A stretch of DNA of 64,000 bases. It comes from Sphaerodactylus townsendi (taxonomy: Eukaryota). The position numbers were made by a program, and so were the translations under genes. Positions 25,119 through 56,300 of the stretch are shown here, piece after piece. Position 1 is the first letter of the stretch, and every line of letters starts with the position of its first letter. A model generated the notes under the pieces. It was not told the DNA's origin. It saw only the letters and a list, made by a program, of their open reading frames with translations, and searched no databases. Location: the NCBI RefSeq assembly GCF_021028975.2, contig NC_059425.1, positions 22,506,001 through 22,570,000 of the forward strand, given 5' to 3'.

Positions 25119-26036
25119 GTACCGCCCCATCCCCGAAGGGCTCTGGGCGGTGTACAGCATAAAATTCATACAGTATCAGATAAAGGAGCAAATCATACAA
25201 AACACAGTAAACAAATAACATAGCTCCATCCAGTTAATAATCAATAAAAACTCACTAAAACTCCATATAAACAGTGGTTAATACAGTTAAATAATTAAAG
25301 AATTAGAGGCGTCCAGAAAAACTCACATTTAAAACCTTCCCCAGAAAGGGAGAACAGCGGGCCCCTCAATATGAGGGTTACCCTGATGTAAAACAGCACA
25401 GGGAGCGGAGAGGGGCACCATATGAATTAGATATGCATACAAGATATATTAGAGAGATGCAGTGTCGGTCGGAATATCTGTACTATGTTAAGTGTGATTT
25501 TTGTTGTATGTATTTTTCTGAAGAATTTAATAAAGACTTTATAATGGTTTTTTTTTAAAAAAACCCATGAATATAGACTTATACGCATCTCCTTTGCAGA
25601 TTTTTCCATCTTTCTCTTCTGTTGGTTGGCCTACTACAGGATAAAATTCTTGTCAGCTGCAAATAGGCCCCAAACAGACCAGGCAAGATTTTATTTATAA
25701 TTTATAATTTGATTTATAATTTGCAATAATTCATAGATGATTGATAAATGCAGTAATTTATACTCTGAACTGCTTTTAGACACTGATTTAGGTCTTGAAC
25801 TTGAAGTGTGACTGGAGGAAATTCATTAGGAGACATTTTCCTTACCTGATAATTTTGACTTGTTTTTGGTTCACTGTTTTAATTAGTTATCTTAAAATCT
25901 CAGTTTAAACACCATTATATAATAAGATTTAAAGGAAACATCACTATTTTCCTGTTTTATCATTTTATTTATTCATTCATTTACCGGGCTTCTGGCCACC
26001 CTTTCCCTTTCAGGCTCAGTGATTAATATCTTAGAT

Positions 26037-26444
26037 CAATGATGGCGAACCTTTTCGAGACCGAGTGCCCAAATTGCAACCCAAAACCCACTTATATATC
26101 CCAAAGTGCCAACACGGCAATTTAACCTGAATACTGAGGTTTTAGTTTAGAATAAATGATTGGCTCCAAGGCATGCGTTACTCAGGAGTAAGCTTGGTGA
26201 AGCAACCATGCAACGCTTCAAATGGGTGAATCACGATCCTAGGAGGGTTTACTCAGAAGCAAGCCCCATTGCCAGCAACCGAGCTTACTCGCAGGTAAAG
26301 GATCATGCCCAGGCCAGCCTAGATGTGTGTGTGTGGGGGGGTGATTTTCCACGCCCCTCCCACATGATGAACTCTGTGCGCGTGCCCACAGAGAGGGCTC
26401 TGAGTGCCACCTCTGGCACCCGTGCCATAGGTTCGCCACCACTG
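26037..26444 (-). mobile_element. Non-autonomous hAT transposon, same family, internally deleted
   Basis: Same TIRs; TSD TCTTAGAT/TCCTAGAT. Confidence 0.85.
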
Positions 26445-26779
26445 TCCTAGATAGTGCCATGTGTGGTTCAAAAGGTAGGCTGAAAAGATATAAATATAAG
26501 TATATATTATGTGCCTGAATGAAGATCCTGTACTCAGGGATGACCCCTCTAAGTCTGTGGGGAAGAATACTAAACCCTGAAGGATGGCAAATCCTGAAGA
26601 ATGACAAGACTAGCAACTCATGCTAGGAGTTGACCTTGCAACGTTTACCAAGGCATCTTTAAAAGACAAAATTTTCAGACAAAATAGGGACATTTACTGT
26701 CAAAGAACATGTCTATAAATTAGAAATCATCCCTAATAGGGAGAGCAGAATGTGAAGCTGTAGAAGCAGAATTTCTGCC

Positions 26780-27141
26780 TTTTGAACAAACTGTTTATGG
26801 TACCAGGTTCTCTGCTCCAAAACACAAGGAGGTCTAGTTGTTGACAGTAAATAGATGGGCTGTTTGCTGTACCTTCTGCAAGTTTTGCTTTTCCAATGAC
26901 CTCCAGCTTCTGCTGAGTTCCCTGTGGCACCATCAGGCTGGAACTAGTTCCAGGGCAGAAACTAACTAAGCGGTACCTGTTTTGTCTGCCACTGTATGAC
27001 AACCTTTCCCCCCTCCAGAGTCATCACCCTACCAAGCCTGTCTGCCAAACTCTCCAGGGCAGAAACAGAGGGACAAACTGAGCTGAAGACCAGCTTGCAG
27101 GGAGGTCTTTCTTCTACTTTCAGGCGCTGCACTTCCAAAGG
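26780..27141 (+). promoter_or_regulatory. Candidate promoter and non-coding first exon of the V-ATPase A-like gene
   Basis: Strong donor AGG|GTAAGG at 27141/27142; the first coding exon starts at an acceptor (30777), so an upstream exon is required. Forkhead motifs at 26792, 26839, 26847 and 26861; palindrome CTGGAACTAGTTCCAG 26938-26953. Confidence 0.45.
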
Positions 27142-28059
27142 GTAAGGCCGGGGCTTGGCATGCAGGAAGGAGGGGAGGGAGAGGTTATATGTGCACATTT
27201 GGAAGACGATTGCCAATATTTTTTTTCCTGGCTTTAATAACTGCAGAAATTCAACCCATAAAGTTTTCCTCATGTCCATGCCCTGACAGGAACATCTTTG
27301 CTTGCACTTTTAAAGGTGTGTGTGTGTTTTGTTTTTGCCATCAAGTCACAGCTGATGCATTGGAACTAGGGTTTTCAAGGCAAGAGACTTTGTGAGGTGG
27401 TTTGTCATTGCCTCCAAGACCCTGGTATTCCTTGGAGATCCCACATCCAATACTAGCCAGAGTCAGAGGCTGAGAGTGTGTGACTGGCCCAAGGTCACCC
27501 AGGCCAGCTTCCATGGCACAAGTGGGGATTTTAACCTGGGTTTCCCAGGTTTGAATCCAATATCTTAACCACTACGCTGGCTCTCTTTGAAGGTATATGA
27601 ACGAGTGGTGGGATTCAGCAGGTTTGCACCACTTTGGCGGAACCGGTTGTTAAAATGGTGCTTGTAAATAACCAGTTGTTAAATTATTTGAATCCCACCA
27701 CTGGAACCGGTTGTTAAATTATTTGAATCCCACCACTGATATGAACCCTAAAAAAAGAAGGCTGGCAACCATAAGATACAGGAATCCTGTACGGTCCACC
27801 TGAGATGAAGTAACTCAGAGTTTAGAATGTGAATCTGTCTATGGAATGTGTGTGCTTGTGCGTGTGTGTGACTCTACTACAACACATGATCTGTTTTCAA
27901 AGCCAGCATGCAGTAGCAGTTAGAGCAACCAACTTAACTAGGATCAAATCCCACTCAGAAGCTTGCTGGCTGACCTTGGGCCCTCCCAGGTATCTGCCAC
28001 CTGTGGTTCTTCCGCACAAGCCAAATAAAACGTTTTCAGGCAGGAAATAAAATATTTCT

Positions 28060-28990
28060 TCCATTGAGCTCTGCATGGCTCTTAGCCTCAAACATTTCAT
28101 TTCCTGCCTCAAAATGTTTTATTTGCATGCTGTTCCCAAGTCTGATCTTGCCACAGTAATCCCCGCAACAGTCACCTCCAGATTAGATTTCTGCAATGCG
28201 CTCTGCAAAGGGCTACCCTTGGGTCAGTTCTGGAAACTCCAGCTGGTCCAGAATGCAGCAGCGAGGGTCTTGACTGGGACAATACCATGGTGATCACACA
28301 TCCAACCAGTGCTCTGCCAGCTGCACTGGCTCCAGGTAGAGCACAAGATCAGGTTCAAGGTGCTTGTACTTAGTTTAGGTACAAGGCCCTTAACAGTCTG
28401 GGGTCTGCGTTCCTTAGGGACCATTTTGCCTGGTATGTTCCCCAGTGAACATTGAGATCAGGAAATAACAACTGACTGGTGGCCCCTGGTCCCAGAGAAG
28501 TGTGATTAGCCTTGACCAGGACTAGGGCTTTCTCAGCCCTGGCCTCAGAAGGGTGGAACGCTCTGTCTAGAGAGACCAGGACCCTGCGGGATCTCTTCTA
28601 ATTCCATAGGGCCAGTAAGACAGAATTGTTCCACTTGGCTTATGGTTGAGGCAACTGTGGTACCAGCTGGCCTCTTCCTCCTCTTCTCTTCCCTTCCCTC
28701 TCCTCCCCTTGCCTTCGTTTTCCACTTGTCTCCTTTCCTCTGTATTGCCCTCCCTTCCTGTTTATCATTTTTTGCCCCCACTAGTTGGGATTTAGATGTG
28801 TCACACCCCAAGATGCAGTAATTGCCATTTGAATCTACTGAAATAGTTGAATTTGTGGAAGTTTTAAGGATGGTGTTTTAATGTTGATTGTTTCTAATGT
28901 GTATAGATGCTTATTTATTGTATTTAAAGTATGTTGTAAGTCGCCTTAAGCCCAAAAGGGGAGAGGTGGCCTATTAAATTGAAGTAATAA
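28060..28990 (+). mobile_element. L2-clade LINE 3' fragment
   Basis: DLATVIPATVTSRLDFCNAL...KLQLVQNAAARVLTG, followed by degenerate LHWL-type sequence and a TAA-rich tail. Confidence 0.8.
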
Positions 28991-29386
28991 TAATGATGAC
29001 GATGTAAAGCTGTATATTTTTAGTTATACAAAAGGACTTTTTCATACTGGTTCTTCGTTAGTCTCTTGCTCTGAATGTTGATGTGGGTGGTGAAAGCAGC
29101 TTATCTTCATTCCAGCTGGGACTTTATGAGTGACTTGGTAGGGGTTTCCATGGTAGAGGCAGACGGGGGGGGTGGTTTTACCATTGTCTGCCTCTGCACA
29201 ACAAACCTGACGTTCCTTGGTGATCTCCCATCCAAATGCTAACCAGGGCTGACCTTGCTTAGCTTCTGAGATCTGGGTAAGCCAGGGCTGTTGTCAGGGT
29301 AAGCGTTTATGTAGTAGCTCTTTAATTATAAAAGTTTGCTGACCCCTAGTCTAACCTGTTTCATAGGGCAGTTCTGAGATACAACA

Positions 29387-30300
29387 CAGTGGTGTATCTG
29401 CCTAGGGACATGGGGTACCCCATGTTCCCCGAGCTATAGCTCATTCTGGTCGCGTGGGACGGGCTGATAAATTGGCCCCTCCATTGACCCAGGAGTCCAA
29501 AGGCCGAGGGAAGGTGGGAAATCTGATGAGACATGGAGACCTCATCCAGATTTTTGGCGCCCCAGCCCTGCCCATGTCAATCATCTTTTGATGATGTGGG
29601 TGAGGAACCAAGGGAAGCCGAGGAAGTCTGATGAAGACCGCGGAGCCTGGTCTTTGTCCCTCCCTTGGCCCCCCGGGCCCCATGTCATTGAAGGGCCAAG
29701 GAGGATAAGTCCTGACAGGCCTCAGTGCCTCCTCATCGAACATCAGCCCCTCCCTAAAGCCCGCCCACACATCATCTCGAGGGCCGAGGCAGGGAGGATG
29801 AAGTCTGAGGAAGCTCTGTGCCTTGTCAGACTTCCACCTCCCATGGCCCCGCCTACGACATGTGGGGTTGAGCCGAGGGAGGATGAAGTTTGATGAAGCA
29901 TGGAGCCTACTCAGACTTTAGCCCCTCCCTCCAGCCCTGCCCACATTACTCCCAGAAGCCAAGGCAGGCAGAATGAAGTCTGAGGAGGCTCCGTGCCTTA
30001 TCAGTCTTCCGCCTCCCTCGACTCCACCCCCACGTGTACCTGCTGCTGGGCTGAGGGAGAGGCTATGTGCTTTGTCAGGCTTCATCCTCCCTTGGCCCCG
30101 CCCACGACATGCGGGGCTGAGGGAGGCGGAAGTCTGACGAGGCATGGAGCCTCTCCCTTGGCCCAGCAGCAGGGACGCGTGTGGGCTGGGGGCACCAACT
30201 GGAGTTTGTTCTGTCTCCGGGTGCTGTTTGGCCACAGTCGCCTCTGCAACAACAACAAGCCTTTATTGGCATTTACAGTTGTGAGAATAAACGGACTGAC
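29387..30300. mobile_element. GC-rich internally repetitive dispersed element (unclassified non-autonomous DNA-type)
   Basis: Starts CAGTGGTGTATCTGCCTAGGG; internal direct and inverted subrepeats gaagtctga(t/g)ga...ggagcct / gtcagacttc. Similar termini at about 32325-32344, 38945, 43881 and 57779-58206. Confidence 0.5.
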
Positions 30301-30811
30301 AAAAAACCATGTTTGCTTCTGAGGTGCTTGGAGGATGAATTGGATAAAAATATGACAGAAAAATGTGAAAGGCCTAGTTATCCTTTGCAACCCACAAGCT
30401 GAATTCTACAAACTGATAAGCAGTTTATTGGTCAGCTGCCTCTGTGGCAATCTATCTTCCTACACATTTTTACCCCACCCTTCCTCCAACTAAATCAGGG
30501 CATTTATAATTTTTTAATCTATTTACTTCATTAATGACCCACCTGTCTCCCAAGAGCAACTTACATAATTCTCATCTCCATTTTCTCCTCACAGCAGTCC
30601 TGTGAGGTAGGCTAGATTGAGAATGCATGACTGGCCTAAGGCCACCCAACAAACTTCTTTGGTAGAGTGGAGATTGGAACTCGGGTCTCCCAAATCCTAG
30701 TCCAGTCACTACACTAGATATAGCTCCCCCTCTCATTTGCTCTTTTATTTTTGTTTCATATTTCTTTTTGATGCAGATATTACTTCCACTGTGATTGTAC
30801 CTCCTGAAGCT

Positions 30812-49394
<18,583 letters not shown>

Positions 49395-49631
49395 AAAGAG
49401 AGCGAGAAGAGATTGAATGACTTGGTTGGGTGCCGCCGTCCCCATCAAGAACTCTTGCTAAGCGACCCTTCTTCATAGGGGACATTTGGCTGACAACCCC
49501 AGATCCCATCTAGAAGCACCCGTGTGTGGCTACTTGGGGTGGTTGCAGCATCATAAGCAAAGCGACTGGACGCCACGTTTTGGGTGGGACTGTTTGCACT
49601 TTTGCCCAAGAAATCCAAATGTCATCGCTTG

Positions 49632-49637
49632 AATAAA
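49632..49637 (+). terminator. V-ATPase A-like polyadenylation signal AATAAA
   Basis: AATAAA about 240 nt after TGA, followed by a GT/T-rich downstream element (gtggtttgttttggttt). Confidence 0.7.
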
Positions 49638-50289
49638 TTTGGCAGTTATTTATTGGAGTCGTGGTTTGTTTTGGTTTATTTGCTTGTTTTTTTGGTAATT
49701 CATTAGTTAGTTATTTATGGAAATGCTGTAGTGCCTCTCCAGGAACCTGCCCAACATGGCTTATAAAATAAAAATACAATTTTTAAAAATAATGACACTA
49801 ATTAAAATCCAGCCTTAAAGAAACTCCAGCTCAGCACAAGAACATAGATCATCCCAGCAAACCATTGACAGCTTACAATGAGAATTTCCAATTACAATGT
49901 TGTTAAACTGTCAAGCCCTTAATTAAAAGTCTGGCTGAATTCTTTGGTCAAGCGTTGTAGATGCCAGGTTAGTTTCAAAGAAGGCCATTCCACAAGTGAG
50001 GTGCTGGTACTGAAAAGCCCGGCCTCCGAAGAGCCACTGCCACTCTGAGTAGCCCGTAGTGACCCCGATGGACCAGTGATCTGATTCATGGGATGCAAGA
50101 GGGGATTTAGCCTCTAAATGTAACTTCAAACAAAAACCGTGCTGGAGCAATATGGGGTTGGAGAAATGCTGCTCTAAACAATAGTCACTGATCCCTGTGG
50201 GGTTATGGCCGGGGGAGAGGGTCACAGGACCAATCTGCTTTGCTTATTCCCATCACAAGAGAAAGGGCTTTAACCCCCTGCTGCTTCCT

Positions 50290-50581
50290 GCATCAGCAAA
50301 ACCAGGAGATGGGAGGTGCGGCCCAGGACAGCCAGTGGGTGCGAGATGTTTCCATGCCATTGTATGCTTCCTCATCTGTCAGACAAAGCATGAGAGACTG
50401 AGCCTCTATATAAATCCCTGCTTTTCAGCTCGGAATGTTTGTTCACTTCAATGGGAGAAAGAGAAACACAAGCAGGGAAGAGGGGGAAGAGAGTGAGCCC
50501 AGGCAACAATTTCTGGACTGCTGGTGGGGGGTTTCTGTCTCCTTGTTGAGTGATGGACCATCTGGAGACTGAACGCTGAAG
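50290..50581 (+). promoter_or_regulatory. Candidate TATA promoter and non-coding exon 1 of the LIM2-like gene
   Basis: TATATAAA 50407-50414; donor AAG|GTAAGC at 50581/50582; SOX-type CATTGT 50358-50363; MAF half-site TCAGCAAAA 50293-50301; the ATG exon has an upstream acceptor at about 53303. Confidence 0.55.
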
Positions 50582-50591
50582 GTAAGCTTAA

Positions 50592-50881
50592 CAGTAGCGT
50601 AGTGGTTAAGAGCAGGTGCATTCTAATCTGGAGGAACCGGGTTTGATTCCCTGCTCTGCCACTTGAGCTGCATAGGCTTATCTGGGGAATTCAGATTAGC
50701 CTGTGCACTCCCACACACGCCAGCTGGGTGACCTTGGGCTAGTCACAGCTTCTCTGAGCTCTCTGAGCCCCTCCTACCTCACAGTGTTTGTTGTGAGGGG
50801 GGAAGGGCGAGGAGATTGTCAGCCCCTTTGAGTCTCCTACAGGAGAGAAAGGGGGGGATATAAATCCAAACTCTTCTTCTT
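50592..50881 (+). mobile_element. tRNA-derived SINE, same family
   Basis: Near full-length copy inserted about 10 nt after the putative LIM2-like exon 1 donor. Confidence 0.85.
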
Positions 50882-51313
50882 GATTTGGACCAGAGATTAT
50901 GAGCCCCAGGAGTTGTTTCCAGTGCTGAAAGGCAGATGTTTGTTATCTTCATCCTGGGCTAAAAATGGATCTGAGTGACAGAGGGGGCCATCAGATGTCC
51001 ACATGTCTGGATGTTAATTTTGCAGATTACTTTCCCCCCCAAGGAGTTCAGGATGATGTACATTGTGCCCTTCCCATTTTTTTCACAACAACCCTGTAGG
51101 TAGGTTAGGCAGACTGGCTCAGAGCCATTCATGGAACTTCTTGGCACAGTGGAGATCTCAACCCAGGTCTCCACAACTCTAGCCTGACTGGCTACACTTC
51201 ACCTCTTTAACTTCTTGTGCATTTCAGTCTTGATTCTGGGCCCTGAGAGTCTAAACTAGGTATGATGAGAGAGGAGATCTGTATATAATATCCTCATAGC
51301 CCAAGTGAGAAAA

Positions 51314-51610
51314 GGAGCAGCAGTGGCATAGTGGTTATGAGCAGGTGCATTCTAATCTGGAGGAACCGGGTTTGATTCCCAGCTCTGCTGCCTGAGCTGT
51401 GGAGGCTTATCTGGAGAATTCAGATTAGCCTGTGCACTCCCACACACGCCAGCTGGGTGACCTGGGGCTAGTCACAGTTCTTCGGAGCTCTCTCAGCCCC
51501 ACCTACCTCCCAGGGTGTTTGTTGTGAGGGGGGAAGGGAAAGGAGATTGTAAACCCCTTTGAGTCTCCTATAGGAGAGAAAGGGGGGATATAAATCCAAA
51601 CTCTTTTTCT
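51314..51610 (+). mobile_element. tRNA-derived SINE, same family
   Basis: Full-length copy ggagcagcagtggcatagtgg...aatccaaactct. Confidence 0.85.
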
Positions 51611-51929
51611 ATATATTTATTCATATGTTTGTCCGGTCTTATGTAAAACGATGGATGAGGGGGATGGGGAGGGGGGGGGCGTTGTACAGAAAGTGGTGGG
51701 CATGAATGAAAACAGTGAAATCCTATTTGTTATATGCCTTCCTGCATACAGGAAAGGCCTTCCAGTTGGGTGTGCTCTTTCCACACACCTTTTCTCACTT
51801 GGGCTGGGAGGATATTATATTTCCCCCATTCCTTGAATTCAGGCGGATAAAGTTTTCATCTCCCCAGAAATGATGTTCCTGAAGCGTAGGGAGAATTACA
51901 GTGCTTATGTACTTATTTCTACTGTGATT

Positions 51930-52197
51930 AAGAACATAAGAACATAAGAACAAGCCAGCTGGATCAGACCAAAGTCCATCTAGTCCAGCTCTCTGCTACT
52001 CGCAGTGGCCCACCAGGTGCCTTTGGGAGCTCACATGTAGGATGTGAACGCAATGGCCTTCTGCGGCTGTTGCTCCCGATCACCTGGTCTGTTAAGGCAT
52101 TTGCAATCTCAGATCAAAGAGGATCAAGATTGGTAGCCATAAATCGACTTCTCCTCCATAAATCTGTCCAAGCCCCTTTTAAAGCTATCCAGGTTAG
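51930..52197 (-). mobile_element. CR1-type LINE 3' end
   Basis: Reverse complement of the same 3' UTR; (CATAAGAA)n on plus. Confidence 0.85.
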
Positions 52198-53378
52198 CTT
52201 TAATTAGATTGTTAGATTGTTGTATGACTTGAGAATGAGCATCATAGACTGTTACTGGATATTTGCATTCAGATGCTGACCCTACCACTTTTTGAAATTC
52301 CATCTAATGGGGCAATTTTGGGGGACTTTTTGCCAGGGGAGAAACAAATGTCCCTTTATAGTCAGTGTTAATCAAGCCTGTCTGCATTCTATACACAGTG
52401 TAGTGGAGGAAGAAGAAGAAGAGTTTGGATTTATACCCCACCTTTCTCTCCTGTAAGGAGACTCAAGGTGGCCTACAAGCTCCTTTCCCTTTCTCTCCCT
52501 ACAACAGACAGGTTGGTGGGGCTGAGAGAGCCCCGAAGAACTGTGACTAGCCCAACGTCACCCAGCAGGAATGTAGGAGTGCGGAAACACATCTGGTTTA
52601 CCAGGAAGCTATTAATGTGGAATAAAATCCAGTTTCTTGAAGATCTTGGGTGCTGTTAAAAATAAAAAGCAAGTTTCTAGTCCTCTGTGGCTGTGCTGAT
52701 CTTCAAAATGTGAGGGCAATGCTTGGGGAAGCCTGGAGAAGCGGGGCTGAATATGATGAGGAATATGACGAGTACATACGTACATCTTTGTCCATCAAAC
52801 AACTAGCAAAAGCTGGAAATGTACATAATTTCTAACCAAATGACAGAATTCAGGATGATCTCATCATCTCTTTTAGAATTTGCCCTGCATCAGCAAAACC
52901 ACAAGTTGGGAGATTCATCAGCAGGAACGTTGTGGGTGGGAAATGTGGGTTGCAACACCCTCTACATCATAGGTGTCAAACTCGTGGCCCTCCAGATGTT
53001 ATGGACTACAATTCCCACCATCCCCTGCCAGCATGATGCTAGCAAGGGATGATGGGAACTGTAGTCCATAACATCTGGAGGGCCGCAAGTTTGACACCTG
53101 TGCTCTACTTAGAGCAAACCTGAAAGTGATGTAGGGTTCCTCTAGGAACCACTGGAAACTCTATGGCGGAGGTTGCCCCTGAGAGGCAGCAGATAACTGG
53201 ACCTTGGGTGGTACATTCCTCCCTTGCCTCCACTGGGAGAATGGCAAACCTTGCAGCCATGGTACTAATTTACACCCCTCCCTTTTTTGTGGTCCCTCCC
53301 CAGGCAGATCCTTCTCCTCTGGTCCTTTTGCAGGAAGAAGGGCCCCTTCCAGAGCTTCAGACCAGCAAGTGGCCAGGG

Positions 53379-56300
53379 ATGTTCAGCTTGATGGGAGGTG
53401 GACTGCTGTGCGCAGTCTCCGGCCTAATTCTCCTCATAGTTGCCACGTCGACAGATTTCTGGATGCAGTATCGCTACTCGGGCGGCATGAGCAACCAAGG
53501 CCTCTGGCGGTTCTGCGTGGGAAGCAAATGTCACCCACATACCATCACCCTTGGTAAGAGGCACCCCCAGGTTCGGACTCAAAAACCCATCAGAGATGGC
53601 CATCGAATTCCTCAGCAGATGTCACTATGGTGGAACCAGAGATGTATACCATCAAGAGGGGTGCGATGTAGAGAAAGATGGTGTAATGGTAGGATGGCCA
53701 GGTAGCCCCTGGAAACTGGTGGGGGAAGGGGGGATATGGTTGCCAGCTCTAGGTTGGGAAACTCTTGGAGATTTGGGGTTGGAGCCTGAGGAGGCAGGGA
53801 CCTCAGCAGGTTACAATGTCTTACAGTCCATCCTCTGAAGCATCCACTGTCTCCAGGGAGACTGATCTCTCTAGTCTGGAGATGAGCTGTAATTCTAGGG
53901 GATCCCCAAGTCCCATCTGGAGGTTGACATCTCTATAGTGGGTCCAAGCAAGCTAAGCCTCAGGTCTTCTGTCCACAATATGGATGATGATGATAATATT
54001 AACCTACCTTTACGGGCTGTTGTGAAGGAGTACAATTATAGCACAGGTGAAGTAACTGAATGCAGAACACAGTATAGTAGCAATGCAGACCAAGTCTGGC
54101 CTAGTAGCTTAGAGAGGCTTGGCTCTATCCAGGCCCAGCTTACTACATTTTAAAGATGAAAATGATTCTGTTTATGAGCTTCAAGCTCTCTGTCAAATTT
54201 TTATCCCACTATTCCTCAAAGAGAAATACCTGTAGATTTTGGGAGTGGACCCTGAGGAGGGTGTTTTGGGGAGTGGAGGGCCTTCATTGTGGTATAGTAC
54301 CATAGAGTCCATGTTCCATGGCAGCCATAGTGCTATAGAGTCCATGTTCCACGGCAGCCATAGTGCCATAGAGTCCATGTTCCATGGCAGCCATTTTCTC
54401 CAGGTGAACTAGTCTCTATCACCTGGAGATCAACAGTAATAGTGGGAGATCTCCAGTCACCACCTGGAGTTTGGCAACCTATAGCAGCAGCTGGTGGAGT
54501 AAATATGGTGCCATTGGATCAGGGGAGGAGGCTGACTTGCCTGGTGCCTCAGAGAAGGAGCTTTAGCGAACAAGTTTGACAGCAAAAGCCTTTACACCAA
54601 GCAGGAAAATAGTCCAGGGCCTTCGATCCAGCCCTTTATCACAAGTTTTATTGTTATTCTCTTTCCTCCAGAGATTTTGATGAGGAGGCTAAAAGCCTAA
54701 AACTCAGGCCTGGTCCTGAGACTGGCTAACACGACCAAGAGTCACGTTCTCCGCAATGCCTCTCATCTGTGCCTTGTCTTTCCCCCACAGCCTTCTGGGA
54801 CGCCACTCGGGCATTCATGTTGCTCTCCATCCTCTCTTCCTTCGCTGGGATCATTTTGGGGCTGACTGCCTTCTCCAGCAGCCTGCGGTCCACTCGGACC
54901 CGTGGAGCAGGAATCACACTTTTGATTGCAGGTAAGAGTGCCAGGTTGGCAGGAGAGATCAGGGACGGGGAAGGGAACGTGCTGGATTGTTCTCTATGGA
55001 TTGTAAGAGGAAAGAGGTACCCTTATCTTTTGAAGGGGACCTATGGGCCTTCCTGAGAAGTAAACAATCTCTGTGTTCTGTTCTGGCAGATGAATGTGCA
55101 AAAAGGTATGGTATCTGAGGTGACAGAAAATTTCAGTTCTGGCTGTCAGGTATGGGATGGTCCATTTCCTCATGGAAGATATCGCTAGATGTTGCCACCA
55201 CCACGAGGAGAACAAGAATATGTGATTTACCTGCTTTCATGGGAAAATCTGCCACAGTCTAGACTTCAGGGCTTCCCATTTTCCCACTTAGAATAGAGTA
55301 TTACCTTCCCCAATCTCCCGTTTCCTACCCCTGAGGAATTAGGAATGAGAGCAAAAATGGCTGCCACAAAGTGGTACTCTAGGAATTTCCCTTTATCTCT
55401 GTGGTAAAGGCTATTAAGACTGAGGGTGGTTGTTTATAGCACAGCCAAGATGTGACATCACATCCTGCTCAAACTCTGCCCTCCCCTGGCACTTCCCTTG
55501 CAAATTTTCTGGCATTTGCTGATATGGTATTGGGAACTGTACTTTGGAGCCCATGAGAGTCGCCAAGGGTTCATTTCAGCCTTAGTTCATAGGAATTATT
55601 TTTTGAGAGCTCAGTTCCAGAATGTCAAAACATCCATAACAAAGGGAATGATTGGACCGGATCTGAGGAACGGATTCTTTTGTGTGTCCACCATACTGCA
55701 AGTGGCCAAAGGTTCTTTATTCTGTGCTTCCCATCTCACTTCAGGTCTCTTTGCCTTGCTGGGTGTATCGGTCTATACAGGAGTGACAGTGAATTTCTAT
55801 GGAAAACGCTATCCTGATTGGCGTTTCTCTTGGTCCTACATTCTGGGTTGGATCGCGGTCATTCTTACCATCTCCGCAGGTACTATTACCGCTCAGTGTT
55901 TGTGATTCTCTTGGCACCACCCTGGAATTGGGAGAGGTGGGACTCAGCGAACAGCATCTGCTTTGGATGCAGAAGTTCCCAAGCTCAATCCCCAACACCT
56001 TCATTTAGAAGGACCAGGCAGTAAGTGATGTGAAACTTGGACAACCACTGCCTGTTGTAGTAGACAATACTGACTATGAGATTCGGTATAAGCAGAGGTG
56101 GTATCCAGCAGGTTCTCACAGGTTCCCGAGAGTAGGTTACTAATTATTTGTGTGTGCTGAGAGAGGGTTACTAATTGGTGTTTTTGCCATGTGATTTTTG
56201 CCTTAGTTATGCCCCTCCTTCACTCCTCAGCAGTAGCGCGCAGAACATGAAGCAGTATAGCAGGAGGTGCACCGGCGTGCGTGGCAGCCTGCATTCGTTT

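Noticed and set aside
53163-53378. 72-aa N-terminal extension of the LIM2-like protein (ORF 53163-53705)
   Set aside because: Crosses a pyrimidine tract and acceptor at about 53303; homology starts at MFSLMGGG (53379).
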